In this document: one piece after another, positions 17,975 through 26,410 of the stretch | Position numbering within the stretch: the first letter of the stretch is position 1 | How the letters are laid out: every line of letters begins with the position of its first letter | From: Pseudomonadota bacterium | GTDB taxonomy: Bacteria; Pseudomonadota; Alphaproteobacteria; Rhodobacterales; Rhodobacteraceae | Assembly: GCA_039816785.1 (NCBI GenBank) | Contig: JBCBXB010000016.1 | Coordinates: forward strand, 4,784-68,783 | Direction: 5' to 3' | Length of the DNA stretch: 64,000 bases | Translations under genes and position numbers: made by a program | Notes under the pieces: generated by a model | The model's database searches: none | What the model was told of the DNA's origin: nothing | The model's input: only the letters and a program-made list of their open reading frames with translations

Positions 17975-19044
17975 TGGGCAGGCTCTGACGCGCGGGAAAA
18001 CCGTGTGGCAACAAGCGCTTCGACGGTATCCGGGTCGAGGCTGGGGGTGTGCCCCAGCGTCAGGTCCGCCAGCAATTGGCTGGCGGCAGGTGCCGTCTGA
18101 AAGCCGTAGCCGCCCTGGCCGGCGCACCAGATAAAGTCGGGATTGGCGGCATCGGGGCCCAGCACCAGCACGCGGTCGGGGGCAAAGCTGCGCAGGCCGG
18201 CCCAGGTGGACGTCACGCGGATCACAGGCTCGGTCACGTGGTCCATGTAGCGGTCGAGCCCGTGGGCGAGCACCATATCGTCGGCCCATGCGTCATGCGG
18301 GTCTGCCGCATCCTCGTCCGCCGGAGAGACGAGGAGCGCGCCCGCGTCCGGCTTGGCGTACCACGTCTCGCCCACGCCAAAGATCATCGGCCAGCCGCTC
18401 ACATCGTGGCCGCCGGGCGCCGGAATGCGCGCCATGGAGCGGCGGAAAGGTTTGATTCCAATGGGTTTTATGCCTGCCATGCAGGCAATGGTGTCGGCCC
18501 AGGCACCGGCGGCGTTAACGATCCGTTTACCATCGAACGCACCGGCGGTGGTTGCAACGCGCCAGCCCGGTTCGATCCCGGTGACGCGCGCGCCGGTGAC
18601 GACCTGACCGCCATGGGTGCGCACGGTGCGGGCGAAATCCTGCAACATGCGGTCGGTGTCGATGTCCTGCGCGTCGGCGTGATACGCCACCCGGCTTACG
18701 GTTTCGTTAAGGATGGGGACATGGGCGCGGGCGGCCTCGGTCGTGATCTCGGTCAAGCCCATATCTGCGCGGTCGGCCTCGAATGCGGCCTCGTCGCCTG
18801 CGCGGGCCATCAGCATCAGGCCACGCGGGCTCAGATAGGGCTGGTGAAAGGCGGCACTGGCCCGGCTCAGGGCGCGGACGGGGGCGAGGCCGTAGGACTG
18901 TTCGAACAGCGCGGCGGAGCGGCCGGAGGCGTGGTAGCCCAGTGCGTCCTCGGCCTCAAGCACGGTGACCTGCGCGTGGGGCGCGAGGCGCGCGGCGGCG
19001 GACAGACCGGCGATGCCACCGCCGATGACGAGGATATCGCTCAT
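17971..19044 (-). CDS. FAD-dependent oxidoreductase (DAO / glycine-D-amino-acid oxidase-like)
   Basis: 357 aa with an N-terminal ILVIGGGIAGLSAA dinucleotide fold. Confidence 0.85.
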   Translation of the reverse strand: MSDILVIGGGIAGLSAAARLAPHAQVTVLEAEDALGYHASGRSAALFEQSYGLAPVRALSRASAAFHQPYLSPRGLMLMARAGDEAAFEADRADMGLTEITTEAARAHVPILNETVSRVAYHADAQDIDTDRMLQDFARTVRTHGGQVVTGARVTGIEPGWRVATTAGAFDGKRIVNAAGAWADTIACMAGIKPIGIKPFRRSMARIPAPGGHDVSGWPMIFGVGETWYAKPDAGALLVSPADEDAADPHDAWADDMVLAHGLDRYMDHVTEPVIRVTSTWAGLRSFAPDRVLVLGPDAANPDFIWCAGQGGYGFQTAPAASQLLADLTLGHTPSLDPDTVEALVATRFSRASEPAQ

Positions 19045-19967
19045 GCCTCTTCGATCCGGTCGGTGGCGGGGGGCGGCGTGACGCTGAGCGCGGTGATCCG
19101 GTCATAAAGCTCCGCCGTCATGTCCACGTCGAGGGCGGCCAGCGACGGGGCCAGCTGCGCCTCGGATCGGGCAGAAATGATGGGCCGGGGCCGCGCGGGA
19201 TGGGCCATGGCCCAGGCCACGGCGAGGCTGGCGGGATGCACGCCCATTTCGGTCGCGAGCGTGGACAGACCCACGGCGGCTTCGCGCATCCATTCGACAT
19301 TGTAGCGCGCGGCATAGCGGGAATCCTCGGTCAGACGGCCGGTGCCGCCGGTGGCGTATTTGCCGGTCAGCAGCCCGCCACCCAACGGGGAATAGGGTGC
19401 GATTTCAAGGCCCAAGTCCACGCAGGCGGGGAAAATCTCGACCTCCGACTGGCGTTTGACGAGGCTGTGCATGGGCTGGACGATGTCGATGCGCACATCG
19501 AAGCTGGCGGCGATCCCCTGCGCCTTGACGATCTGCCATGCGGCAAAGTTGGACACGCCGATATGGCGGATGCGGCCCGCGTGTTTGAGGCTCGCCAGCG
19601 CGTCAAAGGTTTCCTGTAGCGGGGTGTCATCGTCAAAGCGGTGCAGATAGAGGATGTCGATCACATCCATGCCCAGCCGCTGTTGCGAGATGTCAAAGCC
19701 GTCGAGGATGTTGGCGCGGCTGGAGCCGCCATTGTAGGCGGCCTTGGTTGCGATGATCAGGTCGTCGCGGTGTGCCTTGGCGAACTGGCCCAGCAGCGTC
19801 TCGGACGCGCCGCCCGTATAGACGTGGGCGGTATCGAAATGGGTGATCCCGGCGGCGCGGGCGGCGTCGAACATCGCAGCACTTTGGGACGCATCGGCGC
19901 TGCCGCCGAACTGCATCGTGCCAAAGGTGAGGGGTGAAAGCGGGGTGCCGTTCAATGAGGTAATCAT
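19041..19967 (-). CDS. Aldo/keto reductase
   Basis: ATG at 19967 (a GTG at 19991 is possible). Motifs include FDTAHVYTGG, LYLHRFD and IGVSNF. The stop overlaps the next start (ATGA). Confidence 0.85.
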   Translation of the reverse strand: MITSLNGTPLSPLTFGTMQFGGSADASQSAAMFDAARAAGITHFDTAHVYTGGASETLLGQFAKAHRDDLIIATKAAYNGGSSRANILDGFDISQQRLGMDVIDILYLHRFDDDTPLQETFDALASLKHAGRIRHIGVSNFAAWQIVKAQGIAASFDVRIDIVQPMHSLVKRQSEVEIFPACVDLGLEIAPYSPLGGGLLTGKYATGGTGRLTEDSRYAARYNVEWMREAAVGLSTLATEMGVHPASLAVAWAMAHPARPRPIISARSEAQLAPSLAALDVDMTAELYDRITALSVTPPPATDRIEEA

Positions 19968-20044
19968 GGCTGAATTGGTGGCACGCAACACACCGAACGC
20001 GCAACGGTTAACGCGCGTGCTGCCGCGAATCGGCGTTATGGCCC

Positions 20045-20131
20045 GTTAACCGGCGGTTTTGCGGGGTCACAACCCGTACACAACCTGTGCACAGGCTGTG
20101 CACCGCCCGGTGCACCGGTGGCGTGGTTAAC
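20045..20131. promoter_or_regulatory. Phased-hexamer module, copy 1: GTTAAC, then GGGGTCACAACC, then five GTNCAC hexamers at 11-12 bp spacing, then GGTTAAC
   Basis: Read directly in the divergent intergenic region between the AKR gene and the DUF2461 gene. Bases 20063-20093 match 63317-63347 at 29 of 31 positions. Confidence 0.55.
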
Positions 20132-20222
20132 AAGGCGTACGGTGCAAGTATAAACAGAGCGTTACCCTTGGACCCGTGGGCGGACAGCGATAGGTTAGGG
20201 CACGCGGGCGGGGAGGTACGAT

Positions 20223-20888
20223 ATGGCCGACGGGTTCGAGGCGATGGTGGACGAGGCGCTGCGTTTTTTCGCCAAGCTGGACAAGAACAATTCCAAGGAT
20301 TGGTTCGAGCCGCACAAGGCGCATTACAAGGAGGCGATCGCGGGGCCTGCGGGCTTTTTCGCGGACCTGATGTCCGAAGACATCGCGCGCCTGACCGGCA
20401 AGGCGCACACGCCGAAGGTGTTTCGCATCTACCGCGATGTGCGGTTTTCCAAGGACAAGACCCCGCTCAACACGCATCTGCATGTGATGTGGTCGCCTGC
20501 CGATCAGGATGCGCTGGCGCCGTCGTGGTTCTGGGGGCTGTCGCCGGAGTATTTCATCCTCGGGATGGGGGTCATGGGCCTCAAGGGTGAGGCGCTGACG
20601 CGCTATCGCGCCTTTGTCGACCATTGGGGCGACGGGGTGCAGGACGCGCTGGACGCCGCGCGGGACAGTGTCGGGGCCGGGATCAGCGATTGGGGGCCGG
20701 AGCCATTGAAGAAGGTGCCGAAGCCCTACGATGCCGACCACGCCCATGCCGATCTGCTGCGGCGCAAGGCGCTGGCGGTTACGGCCCCGATGGGCGCGGA
20801 TTGGCGCGAACGCGGCGTGCTGAAGGCGACGCTTGCGCGGGTCGAGGGGCTGTTGCCGGTGTGGCGGCAGTTTGACGCGCACCTGTAA
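20223..20888 (+). CDS. DUF2461 (TIGR02453) family protein
   Basis: 221 aa. Motifs include FFAKLDKNNSKDWFEPHKAHY and RIYRDVRFSKDKTP. GGAGG ribosome-binding site. Confidence 0.8.
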   Translation: MADGFEAMVDEALRFFAKLDKNNSKDWFEPHKAHYKEAIAGPAGFFADLMSEDIARLTGKAHTPKVFRIYRDVRFSKDKTPLNTHLHVMWSPADQDALAPSWFWGLSPEYFILGMGVMGLKGEALTRYRAFVDHWGDGVQDALDAARDSVGAGISDWGPEPLKKVPKPYDADHAHADLLRRKALAVTAPMGADWRERGVLKATLARVEGLLPVWRQFDAHL

Positions 20889-20955
20889 GGCGGTTTGATC
20901 CATGTCATGTTGCGGGGTGCTGCGTTGTCTATCCTAAGCCATCAGGGAGAGACAC

Positions 20956-21141
20956 ATGACAGACATGTCACAGGAGTTCGCGCAGCAGTTTCCGGACTAC
21001 GCGCGCAAGATGGCCGAGATCGAGGCCGCGCAGCACCGGTTTGCCCATTTGCTGGAACACTGCCGTCAGCCCGGATCGCAACCGTCAGCCGAAGCGCGGT
21101 GCGCGATCAAGGATGCCATTCACGGCGCGTTGGCCTATTAG
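20956..21141 (+). CDS. Small hypothetical protein, DUF465 (YdcH)-like N-terminal half
   Basis: 61 aa with a GGGAGAG ribosome-binding site. FPDYARKMAEIEAAQHRFAHLLEH parallels FPEHADRISALRQTDAHFARLVEEY of the 42681 ORF. Confidence 0.5.
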   Translation: MTDMSQEFAQQFPDYARKMAEIEAAQHRFAHLLEHCRQPGSQPSAEARCAIKDAIHGALAY

Positions 21142-21692
21142 CCCGCCCATTGCTCGCAGTCGGGGGTCTGGATCGGGGTGCCGAGCCAGCCGCCGCTTCT
21201 GAGCCCGGGGAAACTGCCCTGGTGCGTGGTGACGTAGGACCAGTTGCCTGCGGGCAGGTGGGCAAAGCTGACAGTGTCGCCGGGGACCACCTGACCGATC
21301 ACCGGCGCTGATGGGTCTGGCGCATTGTGCAGTGGCAGCGGCGTGGCGCGGTAACGCAGACAGGCGCTTTCGAAGATGTCGGCGATGGGCTGGGCCTGCA
21401 ATTGCAGGCGGATGTCGCGGTCAATCAGGTTGAGCACGGGTTGTGCGGTGTTCACGCGGCATTGGTTCTCCGTCTCCAGCTGGCGGATCTGTGCGACGGC
21501 GGCAGCGCTGGCCGGGTCAAGCGTGACGGTCGTGCCGATGCAGCCGGTGTTGTCGAACTGCGCCTGCCCGAGCACGGAGCCGAAACAGTAGCCCGCCCTG
21601 TCGATGACGAGGTTGCGCGTGAACCACCAGTCGTCGCATGTGTCAGCCCAGGCGGGCCCGGCAAGCAGGCAGAGGAGAATGATCAGGCGCAT
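21138..21692 (-). CDS. Secreted hypothetical protein (YARHG-like N-terminal motif, SH3-like C-terminus)
   Basis: ATG at 21692. Signal peptide MRLIILLCLLAGPAWA. The domain guesses rest on weak motif resemblance (WWFTRNLVIDRAGYCF). Confidence 0.6.
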   Translation of the reverse strand: MRLIILLCLLAGPAWADTCDDWWFTRNLVIDRAGYCFGSVLGQAQFDNTGCIGTTVTLDPASAAAVAQIRQLETENQCRVNTAQPVLNLIDRDIRLQLQAQPIADIFESACLRYRATPLPLHNAPDPSAPVIGQVVPGDTVSFAHLPAGNWSYVTTHQGSFPGLRSGGWLGTPIQTPDCEQWAG

Positions 21693-21730
21693 GGGGTCAG
21701 CGTGGCGGCCTGTTGCGCTTAGGTCAAGCA

Positions 21731-22660
21731 TCACATGGGCCGGTCGAACACGGGGTTCAGCCAGGCGCGCTTTCCCGCCTCATCGATAATCGTGACGCGG
21801 ACCCATGGGCTGTTTGCGAGCCGCCCGATCGGGACGGTGGTGCGGGTCATCCCATCGCCCCGGATGCAGGTGGAGGCGGAGCCGCGGCCCTGGACGATCA
21901 CAGCCGACACGGCGCTGCTGTCGACGGTGACGGCGTCCGGCGTCCATTCGATGCCGTGGAACGCGGGCCCGGTGGAGGCGTAGTGGTGGCCTGCCTTCAA
22001 CGCCGCCAGCAAGGCGTCGGGGTCGCGGCTGTCGGCCTTGACCATGACCCAGCCGCCAAAGGCGTCCGGCGTGCTGAAATGCGCGTCATCAGTGGCGCAG
22101 AGGGTGAGGTGCTGCCCCTCGCTCAGCAATTGGTCGAGGGTGTAGAACCCGTGGGGCCGGTCGCAATCCACCGCGCAGCCGTGGTTGTAGACCTCGACGG
22201 CGTGGGCGGCGTCGATGCTGCGGGCGTCGGTGGTGGTCAGGCCGGACCATTCGGGGTGTGCGACGGCGACAAATGCGCCAGCGTCGCGGGCGCGGCGGGC
22301 GAGTTCCGGGCCGGTTTCCTGATCCGCGACCGGGTGAAAGCCGGGCGTGTTCGAGGGCGCAAAGTCAGGCGGCAGACCAACGGCGAGGATGTGCCACAGC
22401 TCACCGTTTTCCATGGCACCCGAATGCAGTTCGGCCCCGAGGATCGTGGTGAAGTCGTCCGTACGGTAGGGTGTGGTGTCGACGATGGGATAGTCGAATG
22501 GCCCGATGAAATGGTCGGTGAGCGCGATGAAATCATAGCCTTGCGCGCGGTAGCGGCGGCAGACCTCTTCGGGCGGCAGCGCGCCATCGGAGCGGGTGGA
22601 ATGGGTGTGCAGGTTGCCACGGTAGAACTGGCCGGGCAGGGCAAAGATGTCGGTGGGCAT
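21731..22660 (-). CDS. PHP-domain metal-dependent phosphoesterase (CehA/McbA-like)
   Basis: ATG at 22660 with a GAGGAG ribosome-binding site. Contains GNLHTHSTRSDG and IALTDHF motifs. Confidence 0.8.
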   Translation of the reverse strand: MPTDIFALPGQFYRGNLHTHSTRSDGALPPEEVCRRYRAQGYDFIALTDHFIGPFDYPIVDTTPYRTDDFTTILGAELHSGAMENGELWHILAVGLPPDFAPSNTPGFHPVADQETGPELARRARDAGAFVAVAHPEWSGLTTTDARSIDAAHAVEVYNHGCAVDCDRPHGFYTLDQLLSEGQHLTLCATDDAHFSTPDAFGGWVMVKADSRDPDALLAALKAGHHYASTGPAFHGIEWTPDAVTVDSSAVSAVIVQGRGSASTCIRGDGMTRTTVPIGRLANSPWVRVTIIDEAGKRAWLNPVFDRPM

Positions 22661-22792
22661 GGCACGCTCCTCATGGGTCTTGTGGTGCATGTGACCCATG
22701 GATGCGTTTCATGGCAAGCACGTGACAGCGCGCTGTTCTGCAAGTGGGGTTGCGCAAATGCGGGGCACGCGCGCGCGCCCCGTGTTGTGCGA

Positions 22793-23554
22793 TCAGGCGG
22801 CGGACCATTCCCGGAACGCGCCGATGGCCCCGCTGGCAAAGGCGCGCGGGTCGCGCGGATTGTCGTGCTCGGCGATCCACAGGACGGTGTTACCGGCCTG
22901 TGCGGTAATCGCCGTGATCAGCCCGGGCCAGTCGACCGTGCCCGCGCCCAGATCGGCCCAGCCGTCCTGATCCGCATTCTCGCCTGCGGGGGCGATATCC
23001 TTGACGTGGACGGCGACCATGCGGCTGCCGTACTGATCAACCCAGGCCATGGGGTCCGCGCCGCCGCGAATGACCCAGGCCATGTCCGCCTCCCACGCGA
23101 CATCCGGGGCCTCGGTCAGGATCACGTCCATGCCGATGCTGCCGTCCTGCAGCGGCTCCAGCTCGAACGCGTGATTGTGCCAGGCAAAACCAAAGCCCAT
23201 ATCGGCGCAGCGCGCATGCAGCGCGGCGAGGTCGCTTGCCAGTGCCTTGTACCCGCCGGCATCGAAGGGCCGGTCCGCCGCATCGAGGAAGGGGGCGATG
23301 ATGGTTTGGACGCCCAGCGTCCGCGCGATGTTCGCGCAGGTATCGAAACCATCGCGCAGATCGGCGAGGCCGAAATGGCCCGAGGGCATGGTCAGACCTG
23401 CCCCATCCATCGCGCTGCGAAAGGCGTGTGGGTCGGCGTAGACGCCGCCGAACCCTTCGACATGGGTGTACCCCATGGCGGCCAGATCGGTGAGCAAAGC
23501 GGGGAAGGAGGGCACATCGCGTGCCGTGTAGAGTTGAAAGCCGAATGGTGTCAT
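22793..23554 (-). CDS. Sugar phosphate isomerase/epimerase (xylose-isomerase-like TIM barrel)
   Basis: 253 aa. The N-terminus FGFQLYTARD and the rest of the sequence are typical of the family. Confidence 0.8.
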   Translation of the reverse strand: MTPFGFQLYTARDVPSFPALLTDLAAMGYTHVEGFGGVYADPHAFRSAMDGAGLTMPSGHFGLADLRDGFDTCANIARTLGVQTIIAPFLDAADRPFDAGGYKALASDLAALHARCADMGFGFAWHNHAFELEPLQDGSIGMDVILTEAPDVAWEADMAWVIRGGADPMAWVDQYGSRMVAVHVKDIAPAGENADQDGWADLGAGTVDWPGLITAITAQAGNTVLWIAEHDNPRDPRAFASGAIGAFREWSAA

Positions 23555-23659
23555 GGCTTTGGACCTGTCATGCCGCGTACGGACTTCTGCTTGAGCAAGG
23601 GATGCGCGGGGGTGCGCGCCGCATTTCTGTCACGCAGTTGCTGGGTTGTCCAATGGTGA

Positions 23660-24367
23660 TCAGACCGAGACGGCGGCGTGCAGCATGTCACGCTCGATCT
23701 CGCCGGCGCGGCCCGATAGCTTTTCCGCGCCGCGTTCAAGGACAAGGAACCGGTCGCCAAGGTCGAAGGCGAAGTCGAAGAACTGTTCGACCAGCACGAT
23801 GGCCATGTCGCCGCGTGCGCGCAGCTGTTTGATGACCTCGCCGATCTGCTTGATGATGTTGGGCTGGATGCCCTCGGTCGGCTCATCGAGCAGCAGGAGC
23901 TTGGGCCGGGTGATGAGCGCGCGGGCGATGGCAAGCTGTTGCTGCTGCCCGCCCGACAGGTCTCCGCCGCGACGATTGAGGAAATCCTTGAGGATCGGGA
24001 ACAGCTCAAAAATCTCGTCGGGGACGGTGCGTTGATCGCGGGGCAGGCAGGCGAACCCGGTCTCCAGGTTTTCGCGCACGGTGAGAAAGGGGAAAATCTC
24101 GCGGCCTTGGGGCACGTAGGCCACGCCCTTTTGCGCCAGCGCGTGGGCGGAGGCTTTGCCGATGTCCTCACCATCAAGGCTGTAGCTGCCACCCGAGCGG
24201 GGATGCGTGCCGGAGATCGCCTTGAGCAGCGATGTCTTGCCCACACCGTTGGTGCCCATGACGCAGGTCACCTCGCCCCTGGCGGCGGTCATGTGGACGC
24301 CGTTGAGGATCTGGCTGCCACCATAGTGCAGCGTCAGGTCGTTGAGGGTCAGCAGGTCAGCGGCCAA
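23660..24367 (-). CDS. urtE: Urea ABC transporter ATP-binding protein
   Basis: 235 aa with Walker A GTNGVGKT. It is the last gene of the urtABCDE order. Confidence 0.9.
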   Translation of the reverse strand: MAADLLTLNDLTLHYGGSQILNGVHMTAARGEVTCVMGTNGVGKTSLLKAISGTHPRSGGSYSLDGEDIGKASAHALAQKGVAYVPQGREIFPFLTVRENLETGFACLPRDQRTVPDEIFELFPILKDFLNRRGGDLSGGQQQQLAIARALITRPKLLLLDEPTEGIQPNIIKQIGEVIKQLRARGDMAIVLVEQFFDFAFDLGDRFLVLERGAEKLSGRAGEIERDMLHAAVSV

Positions 24368-25097
24368 GATACACCTCGATCACTTTCTTGTCGGATGTGA
24401 CGTGGTCGAGCGAGCCTTCGGCCAGCACCGACCCTTCGTGCAGGACGGTCACCTTGCAGCCCAGCCGGCGGACGAATTCCATGTCGTGTTCAACAACGAC
24501 AACGGCGCGGGTCTTGGCCGCCTCCACCAGCAATTCGGTGGTGTGTTCGCGTTCCGCCGGGGTCATGCCGGCGGCGGGCTCGTCCACGAGCAGCAGTTGC
24601 GGGTCCTGCGCCAGCAGCATGCCGATCTCGAGCCATTGCTTTTGCCCGTGGCTGAGCTCGCCCGCCTTGCGGTGCAGCGCGGCCTCCAGCCCGATCTCGC
24701 GGGCGATGTCGGTGACCTTGCCATGGTCCTGCCCGGCGGGTTTGAAGCGCAGGACAGACAGGGGGCCGCGATTTTTCTTGAGCGCAAGCATGAGGTTGTC
24801 GGCGACGCTCTGGTCTTCGAACACGGTGGGGCGCTGGAATTTGCGGCCCACACCAGCCTGCGCGATTTGGGATTCGGTCATTTTCAGCAGCGATTGCGAT
24901 TTGTCACCCCAGAGAACGCTGCCGTCGTCGGGCTTGGTCTTGCCGGTGATGATGTCCATGAAGGTGGTCTTGCCCGCACCGTTGGGGCCGATCACGGCGC
25001 GCATCTCGGCCTTGCCGATCTGGAAGGACAGGTTGTTGATGGCGCGGAACCCGTCGAAAGAGACGGAGACGCCGGAGACCTCGAGAAGCGTGCTCAT
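24357..25097 (-). CDS. urtD: Urea ABC transporter ATP-binding protein
   Basis: ATG at 25097 overlaps the urtC stop (ATGA). Walker A motif GPNGAGKTT. Confidence 0.9.
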   Translation of the reverse strand: MSTLLEVSGVSVSFDGFRAINNLSFQIGKAEMRAVIGPNGAGKTTFMDIITGKTKPDDGSVLWGDKSQSLLKMTESQIAQAGVGRKFQRPTVFEDQSVADNLMLALKKNRGPLSVLRFKPAGQDHGKVTDIAREIGLEAALHRKAGELSHGQKQWLEIGMLLAQDPQLLLVDEPAAGMTPAEREHTTELLVEAAKTRAVVVVEHDMEFVRRLGCKVTVLHEGSVLAEGSLDHVTSDKKVIEVYLGR

Positions 25098-26410
25098 TTC
25101 TCGGCCTCCTGTTCGCGCAGCGCACCGGGGTCGGGGCCAAGGTCGGCGCCGTGACGGTCGGGGGCACGGCGGTTTTCGATCAGATCCACGAGGCCGCCGA
25201 TCCCCTTGGGTGCAAAGAGCGTGACGGCGACAAAGCTGAGACCCAGCAGGATCGTCCACCAGTCGACCCACTGGATGGTGTAGACCCCGAGGTTGATGTC
25301 CGGGGCCTGCCCGCCGGTGAACCATGTCGACAGCAGCGACACGAACGCCGCCCCGATGACGGCCCCGTAGAGGCGGCCACGCCCGCCGATGGCGACCCAG
25401 ACGGCGAGGTAGATCGAGGCGATGGGTGCAATCTCGGCGGGGTTGATGATGCCCGCCTGCGGGTAATAGAGCGCCCCCGCGATGCCTGCGATGATGGCGG
25501 TGACGGTGAAGATGAAGAGCTTGTAGCCCTCGACCGAGTAGCCGAGGAAGCGCACGCGCGCCTCGTCATCGCGGATTGCGCGCAGGACCGAGCCGAATGT
25601 GCCAGACACGATCCAGGCGCAGAAGATGTAGCCGAGGCCAAGGGCGGCGGCGGAGGCCCAGAGGAACCACATCGACACCGTCGATTGGGGCACGTCGCCA
25701 AGGCCGGGCAGGTTTTGCAGGCCCGAGAGGCCGTTGTTGCCGCGCAACCCGCTGTCGTTCTGAAAGAGGTAGAGCGCGAGGGCCAGGGTCATGGCCTGAG
25801 TGAGGATCGACAGGTAGACCCCGGTGACGCGGCTGCGAAAGGCGAGCCAGCCGAAGACGAGTGCCAGCAGGCCGGGGACAAGCACGACAGCGGCCAGTTG
25901 CAGCGGCAGCGAGTGGGCGACAGCCCAGATCGGCGGAAATTCGGAGGCACCGACGACGCCGAAGATTTGCGACGCGATGCCGTCGGATATTTCCTGTGGG
26001 GTCGGCGGCAGCGGGGCCTGGGCCAGGCTGGTGGAGACGATGATTTCGGTGCGTGCATACATCAGCCACATGCCGATGGCGTAGCCGCCGATGCCGAAGA
26101 ACGCCATATGGCCGAGGCTGAGAATGCCGGTGTAGCCCCAGACGAGGTCCATGGCGAGCGCTACGAGGCAGAGGCAGAGCGTCTTGCCCAGCGTCTTGAC
26201 GAAAGAGGTGGAGATCACGCCGATGCCGAAGCCCTCGGCGAGGATGGTGACGCCGATGGTGAAGAGGGCGAGGCAGGCGATGAAGATCAGGACCGACGGG
26301 TGCCGCGCGACGAAGGGTTTTGCGCCGCCTGACGGCGTCGCCAGACGCGGGGGCTCTGCCCCCGCACCCCCGTGGTATTTCCGGTCAGAAGAAACGGCTG
26401 TGTCGGTCAT
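25094..26410 (-). CDS. urtC: Urea ABC transporter permease; the N-terminus is encoded by repeat T2
   Basis: 438 aa polytopic protein. The ATG at 26410 has a GGAGG 6 nt upstream. No alternative in-frame start lies before the first TM helix. Confidence 0.9.
   Translation of the reverse strand: MTDTAVSSDRKYHGGAGAEPPRLATPSGGAKPFVARHPSVLIFIACLALFTIGVTILAEGFGIGVISTSFVKTLGKTLCLCLVALAMDLVWGYTGILSLGHMAFFGIGGYAIGMWLMYARTEIIVSTSLAQAPLPPTPQEISDGIASQIFGVVGASEFPPIWAVAHSLPLQLAAVVLVPGLLALVFGWLAFRSRVTGVYLSILTQAMTLALALYLFQNDSGLRGNNGLSGLQNLPGLGDVPQSTVSMWFLWASAAALGLGYIFCAWIVSGTFGSVLRAIRDDEARVRFLGYSVEGYKLFIFTVTAIIAGIAGALYYPQAGIINPAEIAPIASIYLAVWVAIGGRGRLYGAVIGAAFVSLLSTWFTGGQAPDINLGVYTIQWVDWWTILLGLSFVAVTLFAPKGIGGLVDLIENRRAPDRHGADLGPDPGALREQEAEK
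26347..26397 (+). repeat. Repeat T2, copy 1 (GCGGGGGC-TCT-GCCCCCGC hairpin plus CCCCGTGGTATTTCCGGTCAGAAGAAACGG), inside urtC codons 5-22
   Basis: Read directly. It is antisense to urtC and translated as [16 protein letters not shown]. Confidence 0.75.

Noticed and set aside
20099-20114. NtrC-like site TGCACC-GCCC-GGTGCA inside phased-hexamer module 1.
   Set aside because: The spacer is 4 nt rather than the 5 nt of the enteric NtrC consensus (TGCACC-N5-GGTGCA). The site is far from any nitrogen-regulated gene such as urt. The half-sites are better explained as members of the 11-bp phased array.
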